From a bacterium (GTDB lineage Bacteria > Krumholzibacteriota > Krumholzibacteriia > Krumholzibacteriales > WJIX01): a stretch of DNA of 44,171 nucleotides. Made by a program: the position numbers and the translations under genes. The stretch spans positions 1 through 44,171 of the forward strand of contig WJIX01000148.1 of the NCBI GenBank assembly GCA_014730075.1. Direction: 5' to 3'. Position 1 is the first letter of the stretch. Every line of letters starts with the position of its first letter. Of this stretch, positions 18,470-27,928 are shown piece by piece. The notes below the pieces were generated by a model, which did no database searches, was not told the origin of the DNA, and saw only the letters and a list, made by a program, of their open reading frames with translations.

Positions 18470-20737
18470 TTGAAAAGGATAGCTATCAGTCTCTTTTCGG
18501 CAATTCTATTTTGTATTCTGGTATTCCCTGCAGCGGCTCACTCACAGCCGGATGAAGAATGGATTACCAGGAACCTTAAAATAGTACTGGAAGTGCTGGG
18601 TATTGAGGAACCTGATACCTGCAGTCTTTTCGGGAAATCATATTACAAATTCAGGGAGCTTTTTCCCGGTACCACCGAATCGGATATCGATACCACTTCG
18701 CTGACCGGATGGAATCCGCGCTTTGGGAATTTAAAAATGTGGGACGGAGATCTCCCCACCATCGGGCAGTCAATCGAAATTACTCCGGGAATTGATTTCC
18801 CGGCCGAAAGTTTCTTCGACGTTTACTTCGAGCTGGAGCTTCCCGACCTGCTGCCAGGGGATACCCTTGTCAATTATTCCCCTGTGCACATCGAAAGCAT
18901 CATAGACGATATGCCACCCTACTTTGATAAATACGTTTCCACTGGCGGACCGGTGACACTTTACAACACCATGGGAGACCCGGTGGCGGAAATACTTTAC
19001 TGGGAAGAGGAGTTCATACCTTACAGCGAACCGGAAGCGGATCTGATGGTAGACACCTATTACAGATCTGAAATAGCTGAAATCGACGAAGCTACCGGGA
19101 TGATACAGGTTAGCATGGGTATGTCCGGCGGCCTGCAGCCCGACTACGTGACCTTTTACTGGCGGCCAGCGGGCACTTCCGATCCTTACATTGAATTTGC
19201 CATGGACCCGGATGGCAATGCGCCCATCTACAGCACTTCGCGCCCCCTCGGAGATGGGGACGGTTTCTCGGGATACCTGGATCCGTACATCTATAATCCC
19301 AACGGTGAGGATATAGAACTGAAGGGATGCGCCTATTCACCGGAAGGCACCTACTGCGATTCTCTAATAGTTACGGTTGATCCCACCCCACCTCTCCCAA
19401 TGCTGCCATCCTTTCCTCCTGACTCACTTGGACTGTTCTTCCCTGACAGCATGCACCCTGTAACCTGCGTCAATCCGGACGAGGATGTCGACACGGTAGA
19501 AGCTTATGTATTCCCGCTGGCTACCGAGAAGCACAGGGACCTTACCTCCATCAATATGTACGGCCTGGGGACTCCGGAAGATTCGATGGCATGCGCTCCC
19601 ACTGCGGCGGCAAGCTGCCTGGATTACTTCGCCAGAAATGGTCACCCGGAACTCAAGCACCCCAAGGGTGATACCAGCAAACCGGAGCAGAGCCCCAAGG
19701 ATACGGCCAAAGAGCTTATTGGCAGAATGAACACCGACAAGGACAAGGGTACCAGTGCCCTTAATATGGCCAAAGGAATCAAACAGCATCTCAAGGAACA
19801 CGGCAAGACCGGTTGGACGGTGGACGGGGAACTGGTCAATGACTATCACGATATCGGCAGCATGTTCAGGGAGTTCGAGGCGGACAAGGAAGATGTGATG
19901 ATGCTGGTTAAGGACAAAACAGTCAATGCTGCAGGCGATACCGTGGAAGTAGGACACTTCGTCACTCTCGGTTCCAAGTCCTCCACCTTCTATACCCAGG
20001 AGTATGAATGGGGCCATGTTTCCGGAATTTCCTACCGGCTTGACTTCATGGATCCAATGGGAGGGGGCTCCACTGCCAATAACGAATACAACGTTGGAGA
20101 GGAAGACGGCAAACCGACCCTGGAAGGTTATAGCTTCGGGGGAATGGGCCCGGTAACAGTAAGGGGATACATAAAGGTTTCGCCGCCGGAGGGAGGCGGC
20201 GGAGGGAATAAAATGCTGAGAAGCAGCGGTTCTCCCGCCGCGCCTGCCAGTGACGGCTGGATCAAGGTGGATTCCAAGCCCGCTTCAGGGATGGGGCTCC
20301 CGGACACCCTTTACTGGAACACCTCCGGATTCGAGCCGGGGACCTACCTGCTGGAGGTCCGGGCTACCGATGCCACCGGGCATACCGTCCGTGAGATAAG
20401 GTTATGTGGAATCCCCTTCTTCACGGTAGATACCGACGATGACAGCATGACGCCCACCCCCAGCGGCCTTATGGGATCTTACCCCAACCCCTTCAATCCC
20501 AGCACCACCATCATGTACAGCGTAGCCAGCAAGGGGCCGGTAAGTATCAAAATCTATGACGTTTCCGGCAGGCTGGTCAGGAAACTCCTGGATGGAAAGG
20601 TCGTGGAGGCCGGACAGCATAAGGTAAGCTGGAACGGCATCAACGGCAGTGGAAGCCACGTTGCCAGCGGAGCTTACTTCTGCAGAATGGTAACTGCAGG
20701 CAAGAGCTCTTCAATCAAGGTCATACTTCTGAGATAA
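18470..20737 (+). CDS. Secreted protein with C39-like (papain-fold) cysteine peptidase core and FlgD/T9SS-type C-terminal sorting domain
   Basis: TTG start 7 nt after AAGGGAGGA. Signal peptide LFCILVFPAAAHS. CAPTAAASCLDYFARNG (Cys375), VEVGHFVTLGS (His496) and LDFMDPMGG match the order and spacing of the C39-like triad. The C-terminus YPNPFNPSTTIMYSV...IKIYDVSGRLVRKL...GQHKVSWNG...ASGAYFCRM is typical of T9SS type A / FlgD-Ig sorting domains. Confidence 0.8.
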   Translation: MKRIAISLFSAILFCILVFPAAAHSQPDEEWITRNLKIVLEVLGIEEPDTCSLFGKSYYKFRELFPGTTESDIDTTSLTGWNPRFGNLKMWDGDLPTIGQSIEITPGIDFPAESFFDVYFELELPDLLPGDTLVNYSPVHIESIIDDMPPYFDKYVSTGGPVTLYNTMGDPVAEILYWEEEFIPYSEPEADLMVDTYYRSEIAEIDEATGMIQVSMGMSGGLQPDYVTFYWRPAGTSDPYIEFAMDPDGNAPIYSTSRPLGDGDGFSGYLDPYIYNPNGEDIELKGCAYSPEGTYCDSLIVTVDPTPPLPMLPSFPPDSLGLFFPDSMHPVTCVNPDEDVDTVEAYVFPLATEKHRDLTSINMYGLGTPEDSMACAPTAAASCLDYFARNGHPELKHPKGDTSKPEQSPKDTAKELIGRMNTDKDKGTSALNMAKGIKQHLKEHGKTGWTVDGELVNDYHDIGSMFREFEADKEDVMMLVKDKTVNAAGDTVEVGHFVTLGSKSSTFYTQEYEWGHVSGISYRLDFMDPMGGGSTANNEYNVGEEDGKPTLEGYSFGGMGPVTVRGYIKVSPPEGGGGGNKMLRSSGSPAAPASDGWIKVDSKPASGMGLPDTLYWNTSGFEPGTYLLEVRATDATGHTVREIRLCGIPFFTVDTDDDSMTPTPSGLMGSYPNPFNPSTTIMYSVASKGPVSIKIYDVSGRLVRKLLDGKVVEAGQHKVSWNGINGSGSHVASGAYFCRMVTAGKSSSIKVILLR

Positions 20738-20747
20738 CCTGTCAGAC

Positions 20748-20803
20748 AGCTCTCCCGGCCCTTCCCGGCCGGGAGAGCTCCCATCCCCTCTCTTTTTTGT
20801 TTT
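20748..20803 (+). terminator. Candidate terminator hairpin
   Basis: 13-bp perfect stem AGCTCTCCCGGCC / GGCCGGGAGAGCT with a 6-nt loop, 11 nt after the stop. The T-run (TCTTTTTTGTTT) starts about 13 nt after the stem, so it is not canonical. Confidence 0.4.
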
Positions 20804-20868
20804 CATTTCTCTGCCATCCTATATACTGACCCTTAATGCCGCGGGCGATAATCAGGGAGGACCGGAAT

Positions 20869-21897
20869 ATGAAAGCGATGATACTTGAAGGGATAAAAGA
20901 CCTCGACAGGGAAAGCCGCCCACTCAAAGATACTGAAATGCGGGAACCGGAGCCCGGAGAAGGTGAAATACTGGTAAGGGTAAAAAGATGCGGGGTATGC
21001 CACACTGAGCTTGACGAAATAGAGGGGAGGACCGCCCCGCCCTTTTTCCCGGTTATTCCCGGCCATGAAATAATCGGAAGGGTTGAAGCCGCGGGGAAGG
21101 GTGCTTCCAGGTTCACCCAGGGTGACCGGGTGGGGATAGCCTGGATTCATTCCGCCTGCGGGCATTGTAAATTCTGCCGGGATGGCAATGACAACCTCTG
21201 CAGGGAATTCAGAGCTACCGGGCGAGACGCGCACGGCGGATACGCTGAGTACACCACAGTAAACGAGAAATATGCCTACCCGATACCGGATATCTTCAGC
21301 GATACCGAGGCGGCCCCGCTGATGTGCGCCGGGGCGATAGGTTACAGATCGCTGATGCTCACCGGGATCGAAAACGGCAAGAAGCTGGGGCTGACAGGCT
21401 TTGGCGCTTCCGCCCACCTGGTACTCAAGATGGTTGCCTATAAATACCCTGATACAGATATCTATGTTTTTGCCAGGAACCGGGGCGAGAGGGAATTCGC
21501 CCTGGAGCTCGGAGCGGTATGGGCCGGTGATACCTCCAGGCAGTCACCGGAAAAACTGGATGCCATTATCGACACCACACCAGCATGGAAACCTGTGGTA
21601 GAGGCGATGAACAACCTGGACAGGGGCGGCCGGCTGGTCATAAATGCCATCAGGAAACAGAACGCCGACAGGGACTACCTGTTGAAGCTGGATTATTCAC
21701 GCCACCTCTGGTATGAGAAGGAAATAAAGAGTGTAGCTAATATAGCCCACCGCGACCCTGAAGAGTTCATCAGCCTGGCAGCTGAAATACCCCTAATCCC
21801 CGAAACCGAGGAGTTCGAGCTGGAGGAGGCGAATGAGGCGCTGATGCAGCTCAAGAGAGGCAGGATCAGGGGCGCCAAAGTGCTGAAGATCGGATGA
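20869..21897 (+). CDS. Zinc-dependent alcohol dehydrogenase family protein
   Basis: GVCHTELDEIEGR (catalytic Zn), CGHCKFCRDGNDNLC (structural Zn), Rossmann LTGFGASAHL. The ATG at 20869 follows CAGGGAGGA. Confidence 0.9.
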   Translation: MKAMILEGIKDLDRESRPLKDTEMREPEPGEGEILVRVKRCGVCHTELDEIEGRTAPPFFPVIPGHEIIGRVEAAGKGASRFTQGDRVGIAWIHSACGHCKFCRDGNDNLCREFRATGRDAHGGYAEYTTVNEKYAYPIPDIFSDTEAAPLMCAGAIGYRSLMLTGIENGKKLGLTGFGASAHLVLKMVAYKYPDTDIYVFARNRGEREFALELGAVWAGDTSRQSPEKLDAIIDTTPAWKPVVEAMNNLDRGGRLVINAIRKQNADRDYLLKLDYSRHLWYEKEIKSVANIAHRDPEEFISLAAEIPLIPETEEFELEEANEALMQLKRGRIRGAKVLKIG

Positions 21898-22125
21898 AAT
21901 AAGCGAATACCGCGAATTCCTTCCTCCCGTTAGTTGAAATGCCGGAACGGGGAAAGATCTGTACCGCCGTAAGATCCCATCCTTATAACTTATTTATCTG
22001 TGGAAAGTTCCCTCGATTCGAAAAAAACAGTTTACTCTCATATCTGACCTTTAATGGAACATTTTATGCTTATCTCCAAAATATAGATTTCTGGGAGCCA
22101 TTCACTCAAAACAGGAGATCCGAAA

Positions 22126-22437
22126 ATGGCTGAAGAACAGACAGTGGTATTTTACAAGAATCCATCCATTGCTACTCTTCTGTCCTTCCTCTTCATGGGA
22201 GCTGGACAGATCTATAACGGGGAAACCAGAAAGGGTGTCATATTCATAGCGCTCTATGCGGTTTCGATTTTCCTTATGACTTTTCTGATAGGGTTCATAA
22301 CCACCCCTGTACTATGGATATGGGGAATGGTGGATGCAAACAGGTCGGCAAACAGAATTAACCGCGCTCTCGCATCCAGGCTGGCCAGTGACGAAAAACC
22401 TGAACCGGAAATGAAGAAACAGGCTGTTGCCCGTTAA
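22126..22437 (+). CDS. Small membrane protein (GxGQIYNG motif, two TM segments)
   Basis: RBS AGGAGA 7 nt upstream. LLSFLFMGAGQIYNGETRKG followed by hydrophobic helices. Family name not recognised with certainty. Confidence 0.6.
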   Translation: MAEEQTVVFYKNPSIATLLSFLFMGAGQIYNGETRKGVIFIALYAVSIFLMTFLIGFITTPVLWIWGMVDANRSANRINRALASRLASDEKPEPEMKKQAVAR

Positions 22438-22478
22438 AGACCAATCTGTCCGGAATTAAGATAGGACCGATTCTTTAG

Positions 22479-22527
22479 GCCGCAGGGGGATAGATTACCA
22501 TATCTACCCCCCGCGGCTTCTTTATAA
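22479..22527 (+). terminator. Candidate intrinsic terminator
   Basis: Interrupted stem of about 15 bp (GCCGCAGGGGGATAGAT / ATCTACCCCCCGCGGC, one bulge and one mismatch), followed immediately by TTCTTTAT. Confidence 0.5.
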
Positions 22528-22683
22528 ACGGAAAGCCCTGCCACAACGGATAAAGTCCTAAAGTAGAATATCCGGAGTTCGATAACCATAATACAGGAAA
22601 TGCACTGATACCCTTAATAGGATTATATGCTGCAGATGAGGCCTGACCGTTGACAACTGCGGAGTAATCAAGCGGAGTAGAGC

Positions 22684-25600
22684 ATGAACGGTGAAGGGAA
22701 GAGGATCTCATCCTTACCTCTGGAGTTCGAAGATCTTGTTTTCAAACCTGAATGGGAATATGCCGGTGCCGGCGGGGAATTTACCTACCGGTGCGGGGTA
22801 ATCCCCGGTAAGGTTTTCTTCTCATCCCTGAGCGGGACTATACCGGAACCAGCGATTGAGAAACTGATTCCCATATTCCGCGATATCTATAAAAGAGGGG
22901 AGCTGGAAGGTAAAGAGTTCATAAGGATAGCCGACTATACCAGGTTTGATGGCGCCCCGGCAGTCACCCGCCAGAAATATGCCAGCCTGCTCAGGGATAT
23001 GAACGAAGAACACGGCTCCAGCCCGGTGGTAACTTACATTTGTGGCGCTGCCCTGTGGGTTAAGGCGGTTTTGAGGATAACCGCCAGGTTCGTGGGCCAG
23101 AACTTCGTATTTACCGAGACAGTCAGGGAGGCATTCCACCTCATTAACATGGGGGAATCCTGCTCTTCTGAGAAGAAGGATACCATTCAGGTAAGCAGGG
23201 AAACCCTGGAGATTATTAATTCCATAGTGGGGGGAATGCTCTGGGGAGAAGATATCAAAGTCCCCGAAGAATTCTTCTCTGAGGAGAATCCGCTCTCAGA
23301 GATAGCTCTATCCATCTCTCTGGTAGCACGTGACCTCCACGAAATGAAACTTCAGGACAGAAAGAATACTGAAGAAATCAGAAAACAGAAGATAGCACTG
23401 GAAAAAATGCACCACCGTCTGCAGCAGGCGATGGATGCGGGGGAACATGGTTTCTGGGAATACAACCTTGAGACCGGCGAGGTATTCCTTAGCCCCTGGC
23501 ATAAAACCGTGCTGGGATTGATCGAGGAAGAATCCTCAATATCCAAAGATTTCTGGGTTGAGAAAATGCACCCCGAAGACAGGAAACTGGTAATTCCTCT
23601 TATCAGGCACTATATAGATAAACGGCAGGCCTATTCGGTGGAATTCCGGGTACAACGTGCCGATGGAAACTGGAGATGGATTTCCGCAAGGGGAAAATAC
23701 TACGGGAAAGGCTCTGATGACTCTCCGGCAAGAGTGGCGGGAGTACATGTCGATATAACCGAGCAGAAGGAATTCGAAGAGATACTCCATCACCGGATAG
23801 CGCAGCAGGCCGCGGTGGCTGAATTCGGACAGCTGGCGATGACGGGGATATCACTGGATAAACTTTACGGGAGCGCGGCTGTGTTGATTTCCCGGGTATT
23901 GAAGACCAGATATTCCGGGGTATTTGAATATAACCGGGGTGAAAAAGAGTTTATCCTGATGGCGGAAACAGGCCTTGAATGCGCTCCCGGCGATTCTTAC
24001 AGAATGCCTGCAGACAGTAAAACCCATATCGGGTTCGCCATAAACAGTGCCATGCCGGTGAAAGTAAAAGATATCGGAGATGAACCAAATATCTCCTTTT
24101 CGCGGCTCCTCCAGTCCCGGGATATTACCGGGGGAATCGCGGTCAGAATTCCCGGATCGGAAGGGCCATTCGGTGTTATAGGTGCTTACCACCGGGATCC
24201 GAGGTCATACCGGGCCGACCAGGCTTACTTCATGGAATCGATAGCAAGCATACTGGGAGCCGCGGCACAGCAGGATAAGACCATAAGAGAGCTTCAACGG
24301 GCTGAGACCAGATTCCGGACAGTCTATGAATCGAGCAAAGATGCCATAATGATGCTGGACAGGTCCGGTTTCTTTGACTGTAACAGCACCGCCCTGTCGC
24401 TCTTCGGGGTTGAAACCAGAGAGCAGTTCTGCCGGATGCATCCCGCCGACCTATCACCCGAGAAGCAGAGCAACGGACGGAATTCAATGGAGCTGGCCAA
24501 TGAAATGATTACCTATGCTTTGAGGGAGGGAAGCAGCCGCTTCGAGTGGATACATCAGCGCTACGACGACGGAACTACATTCCCCGTTGATATCATACTG
24601 ACTGCCATGGAGCTTGACGGCAGGAATGTCCTGCAGGTATCAGCCAGGGATATAACCGAGCGGAAACTTTCTGAGAAGAACCTGAGGGATAACGAAAAGA
24701 AATTCCGGTCACTGTTCAACCAGTCCAATGACGCGGTATTCATACACAAACTGGATGGGAAAATAATCGATGTCAACAGGAGGGCTGAAGAACTGCTTGG
24801 GTTCTCCAAAGAAACCCTCATAAACAGCTGCGTTCAGAAGCTGCATCCCGAAACGGAATCAGAAAGATCGAAGAATGCCCTGGAAATTGTTAAAGCCGAA
24901 GGGTCAGTCAGGTTTGAAACCCGGTTCAGGAAATCTGACGGTGAAATAATAGATGTAGGGATAAGCGCGGGGGTAATAGACGAGAAGAAAGGAATTGTTC
25001 AGGGTATTGTCCGTGATATCACCGAAAGGAAAAAAGCGGAGGCAAAACTGCGCGAGAGCAGGCAGAGGCTGAACCTGAGCCTGCGGGGAGGAAACCTTGG
25101 CACCTGGGACTGGGATATACCATCCGGGAGGGTGATATTCAACCACCGGTGGGCAGAGATGCTGGGATACCGGCTGGAAGAACTGGATTCGCGTCTCAGC
25201 ACCTGGAAGAAGCTGGTTCATCCCGATGATCTTCCGATGACCCGGAAAATTCTGGATGAGCACCTGTCCGGCAGTACCGAGTTCTATGAAGCCGAATTCA
25301 GGATGAAGCACAAGTCGGGAGGCTGGGTATGGATAGAGGACAAGGGAAAGGTTATAGAGAAGGATGAACAGGGAAACCCTCTGCGGGCATGCGGCACCCA
25401 CCTCGACATAACCAAGCGGAAGCAGGCGGAACAGGCCCTCATCGAGAGTAATGAACGTTACAACAGGCTGGCCGAGCAGAACAGCACCTACACCTGGGAA
25501 ATTGACTCGGAAGGTATATATACCCACGTCAGCCACGTGGCCGAATCAGTCCTGGGATACCAACCGGAGGAATTAATAGGGCACCGGCATTTTTACGACC

Positions 25601-27465
25601 TGTACCCACAAGAGGGAAGGGATGAATTCATCCGGGGAATAAAGAAAGCTTTCCGAAACGGTGCCGAGGTAAAAAATGTGGTTAATCCGGCAATGACAAA
25701 GTCGGGCGAAACTATCTGGCTGGAGACCAGCGGAATCCCCCTCCTGAACCTGCAGGGTGAGGTTATTGGATACCGTGGTTCTGATAGAGATATCACCGAA
25801 AGAAAAAGGGCTGAAGAGAAACTCCAGGAAATGAACTCCCGGCTGAAAAAGGCCGTAAGGAAGACCAATGCCATGGCTGCCGAGGCGAAGCGAGCTAACA
25901 GGGCCAAGAGCCTCTTTCTGGCCAATATGAGCCACGAAATCAGAACCCCCATGAACGGCGTGATCGGAATGACAGACCTTCTGATGCAGACAGAACTGAG
26001 CCCGGAGCAGCAGGAATACGCGGAGATGATCCAGACCAGCGGAGAATCCCTGCTGAATATTATCGACGATATACTGGACTTTTCCAAGATAGAGGCCGGG
26101 GAGCTCAATCTGGATATAACCGAATTCAACCTCAAGAGAATAATGGAAAACTTCTCCTTCCCTGTGGCAATGAAAGCGGAAGAAAAAAACCTGGAGTTCA
26201 TCTGCCATACAGTTCCGGGGCTTCCCTGCTGCTACAGGGGAGATCCCGGCAGAATCCGCCAGATACTTACCAACCTTACCAGTAACGCGATCAAATTCAC
26301 CGAAGAGGGTGAAGTAATAGTGAAAGCGGAGCTTGAATCGGAGGATGAGGAATATGTCACAGTGAAATTCTCTGTCACCGATACCGGGATCGGGATACGG
26401 GAAGATGAGCTGGAAAATCTGTTTGAGAGCTTCCGGCAACTGGATGATTCCGCTTCGAGGAAATACGGGGGGACCGGGCTGGGGCTATCCATATCCAAAC
26501 AGCTGGTTGAGAAGATGGGGGGGCAGATAGGCGCCAGAAGCAATCCCGGCAGGGGATCCGAATTTTATTTTACCCTTCCCCTTAAAAAGGCCTGCAACAT
26601 GAGTGACGAATCATTTGAAATGCCGCCGGAAATAGCAGGATCCAGGATTCTCATCGTGGATGACAACAGGACCTTCCGGGACTGCCTCTCTATCCTTATG
26701 GAGGCGGGTAATATCAGCACTGACAGAGCCGGAACCGGAGAAGAAGCGCTCCGGATGATCAGTGAATCTGCAGCGGCGGGGAAACGGTACCATGTGGCAA
26801 TAGTGGATACCCGCATGCCCGGGATAGACGGCTGGACGCTGATATCCAAAATGGAAGACAATCCTGAATCAGCAGGTATACCGATAATAGCGATGACCCC
26901 CATCTCCGGAAAAACTGTTAATGAAACCTCCGGCAATGTAGTAGCATCGCTGGCCAAGCCGCTCCGTCAATCGGAACTTATAAGGCAGATCAGCGCCGCG
27001 CTCGCCGGGAAAACGGAATCACCTCCGACCGAAGGCCATAGCGACTCAGCTCCCGTGAAGCGGGAAACTGGTAAAATCTCAATACTGGTAGCGGAGGATA
27101 ACATAATCAATCAGAAGGTTGCAGTCGGCATTCTGGAGAGGATCGGATTCGAAACAGAAGTAGCCGGTGACGGAACTGAGGCGCTGGAGAAACTGTCGGA
27201 GAGAAAATTCGATCTGGTGCTGATGGATGTACAGATGCCGGGGATGGACGGACTGGAAGCAACCAGGAGGATTCGCTCTTCCGAATCAGCAGTTCTTGAC
27301 ACCTCCATCCCGGTGGTGGCAATGACCGCCCACGCCATGGAGGGTGACCGGGAAAAGTGCATTGAGGCGGGGATGAACGGTTATACCACAAAGCCGGTTG
27401 ATCCGGAAAAGATAATCAAGGAGATATCCAAGCATATTGCGATACCGTCATCAATGATCAGCTGA
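22684..27465 (+). CDS. Cytoplasmic multi-PAS/GAF hybrid sensor histidine kinase with two C-terminal receiver domains
   Basis: No TM segment. Five PAS/PAC modules each end in DIT(E/K)(R/Q)K. GAF-like region between the first two. H-box MSHEIRTPMNGVIGM. HATPase DTGIGI...GGTGLGLSI. REC1 ILIVDDN...DTRMPGIDG. REC2 ILVAEDN...LMDVQMPGMDG. Confidence 0.9.
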   Translation: MNGEGKRISSLPLEFEDLVFKPEWEYAGAGGEFTYRCGVIPGKVFFSSLSGTIPEPAIEKLIPIFRDIYKRGELEGKEFIRIADYTRFDGAPAVTRQKYASLLRDMNEEHGSSPVVTYICGAALWVKAVLRITARFVGQNFVFTETVREAFHLINMGESCSSEKKDTIQVSRETLEIINSIVGGMLWGEDIKVPEEFFSEENPLSEIALSISLVARDLHEMKLQDRKNTEEIRKQKIALEKMHHRLQQAMDAGEHGFWEYNLETGEVFLSPWHKTVLGLIEEESSISKDFWVEKMHPEDRKLVIPLIRHYIDKRQAYSVEFRVQRADGNWRWISARGKYYGKGSDDSPARVAGVHVDITEQKEFEEILHHRIAQQAAVAEFGQLAMTGISLDKLYGSAAVLISRVLKTRYSGVFEYNRGEKEFILMAETGLECAPGDSYRMPADSKTHIGFAINSAMPVKVKDIGDEPNISFSRLLQSRDITGGIAVRIPGSEGPFGVIGAYHRDPRSYRADQAYFMESIASILGAAAQQDKTIRELQRAETRFRTVYESSKDAIMMLDRSGFFDCNSTALSLFGVETREQFCRMHPADLSPEKQSNGRNSMELANEMITYALREGSSRFEWIHQRYDDGTTFPVDIILTAMELDGRNVLQVSARDITERKLSEKNLRDNEKKFRSLFNQSNDAVFIHKLDGKIIDVNRRAEELLGFSKETLINSCVQKLHPETESERSKNALEIVKAEGSVRFETRFRKSDGEIIDVGISAGVIDEKKGIVQGIVRDITERKKAEAKLRESRQRLNLSLRGGNLGTWDWDIPSGRVIFNHRWAEMLGYRLEELDSRLSTWKKLVHPDDLPMTRKILDEHLSGSTEFYEAEFRMKHKSGGWVWIEDKGKVIEKDEQGNPLRACGTHLDITKRKQAEQALIESNERYNRLAEQNSTYTWEIDSEGIYTHVSHVAESVLGYQPEELIGHRHFYDLYPQEGRDEFIRGIKKAFRNGAEVKNVVNPAMTKSGETIWLETSGIPLLNLQGEVIGYRGSDRDITERKRAEEKLQEMNSRLKKAVRKTNAMAAEAKRANRAKSLFLANMSHEIRTPMNGVIGMTDLLMQTELSPEQQEYAEMIQTSGESLLNIIDDILDFSKIEAGELNLDITEFNLKRIMENFSFPVAMKAEEKNLEFICHTVPGLPCCYRGDPGRIRQILTNLTSNAIKFTEEGEVIVKAELESEDEEYVTVKFSVTDTGIGIREDELENLFESFRQLDDSASRKYGGTGLGLSISKQLVEKMGGQIGARSNPGRGSEFYFTLPLKKACNMSDESFEMPPEIAGSRILIVDDNRTFRDCLSILMEAGNISTDRAGTGEEALRMISESAAAGKRYHVAIVDTRMPGIDGWTLISKMEDNPESAGIPIIAMTPISGKTVNETSGNVVASLAKPLRQSELIRQISAALAGKTESPPTEGHSDSAPVKRETGKISILVAEDNIINQKVAVGILERIGFETEVAGDGTEALEKLSERKFDLVLMDVQMPGMDGLEATRRIRSSESAVLDTSIPVVAMTAHAMEGDREKCIEAGMNGYTTKPVDPEKIIKEISKHIAIPSSMIS

Positions 27466-27676
27466 AACAAGTCCATAACCCATATCAGGCCCGGCATGCG
27501 GAACCTCGATATTTACCCACCCCCTTTTACAGATACCCTCTCCGGACCTGGATAATGCATCACAAACTCGATATTATATACAGGACTTTCCCCAAAATTC
27601 TGGCAGGTATTTTACTAACGTTATAATGTATAACCAGTTAACAGGATCAATAAGTGGAATCAGTGTATTGGCGAAT

Positions 27677-27828
27677 CAGTTGATTGACTTTGTCAAAACC
27701 CTCTCGGAAGACGAGCGGGCATGGATTCTTGATTTCCGGAGGAAATCAAGAAGAGCGAGTCTGAGAGCGGGAGCTGCGATTTCCACGCCGGAGAAATCGA
27801 CAGCGGTTTTGACAAATTCAATCAACTG
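27677..27828. repeat. 152-nt nested inverted-repeat element (candidate structured RNA or MITE-like element)
   Basis: Arms 27677-27700 and 27805-27828 are complementary at 23 of 24 positions. Inside, hairpin 27728-27750 has a 10-bp stem, hairpin 27773-27804 has 11 bp with one bulge, and CTCTC/AGAC pairs with GTCT/GAGAG. GAGCGGG and GATTTCC..GAAATC each occur twice in tandem. Confidence 0.7.
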
Positions 27829-27899
27829 GAAGTTATCCTGCCCGTCTTTCTATTCGATTTAAATTTAAAAATTGGGAAAACTTCAAATATTATATACAC

Positions 27900-27928
27900 T
27901 TGATTGATATTCACAAGCGGTATACAAT
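27900..27928 (+). promoter_or_regulatory. Candidate fbp promoter (TTGATT-N17-TACAAT)
   Basis: Hexamers at 27900-27905 and 27923-27928, about 25 nt upstream of the fbp ATG, with GAGGG as RBS. Confidence 0.35.

Noticed and set aside
27728-27804. The two GATTTCC...GAAATC hairpins read as a mini CRISPR array, an integron attC site, or a hammerhead core (CUGAGAG).
   Set aside because: The repeats are not identical and there are only two, inside a larger palindrome. The R''/R' consensus (RYYYAAC / GTTRRRY) is absent at the ends. CUGAGAG does not fit CUGANGA, and no matching GAAA/cleavage-site geometry is present. There are no cas, intI or RT genes nearby, which also argues against a retron msr/msd.
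27626-27862. 78-aa ORF spanning the inverted-repeat element; part of its translation (LSEDERAWILDF) looks protein-like.
   Set aside because: It starts inside the putative -10 box and has no RBS. Its sequence is dictated by a 24-nt near-perfect inverted repeat plus two perfect hairpins. A nucleic-acid-level feature explains the region better.
27830-27870. TTATCC plus an AT-rich run (GATTTAAATTTAAAAATT) as a DnaA box/DUE of a replication origin.
   Set aside because: There is only one partial DnaA-box match (6 of 9) and no dnaA, dnaN or other origin-linked genes nearby.
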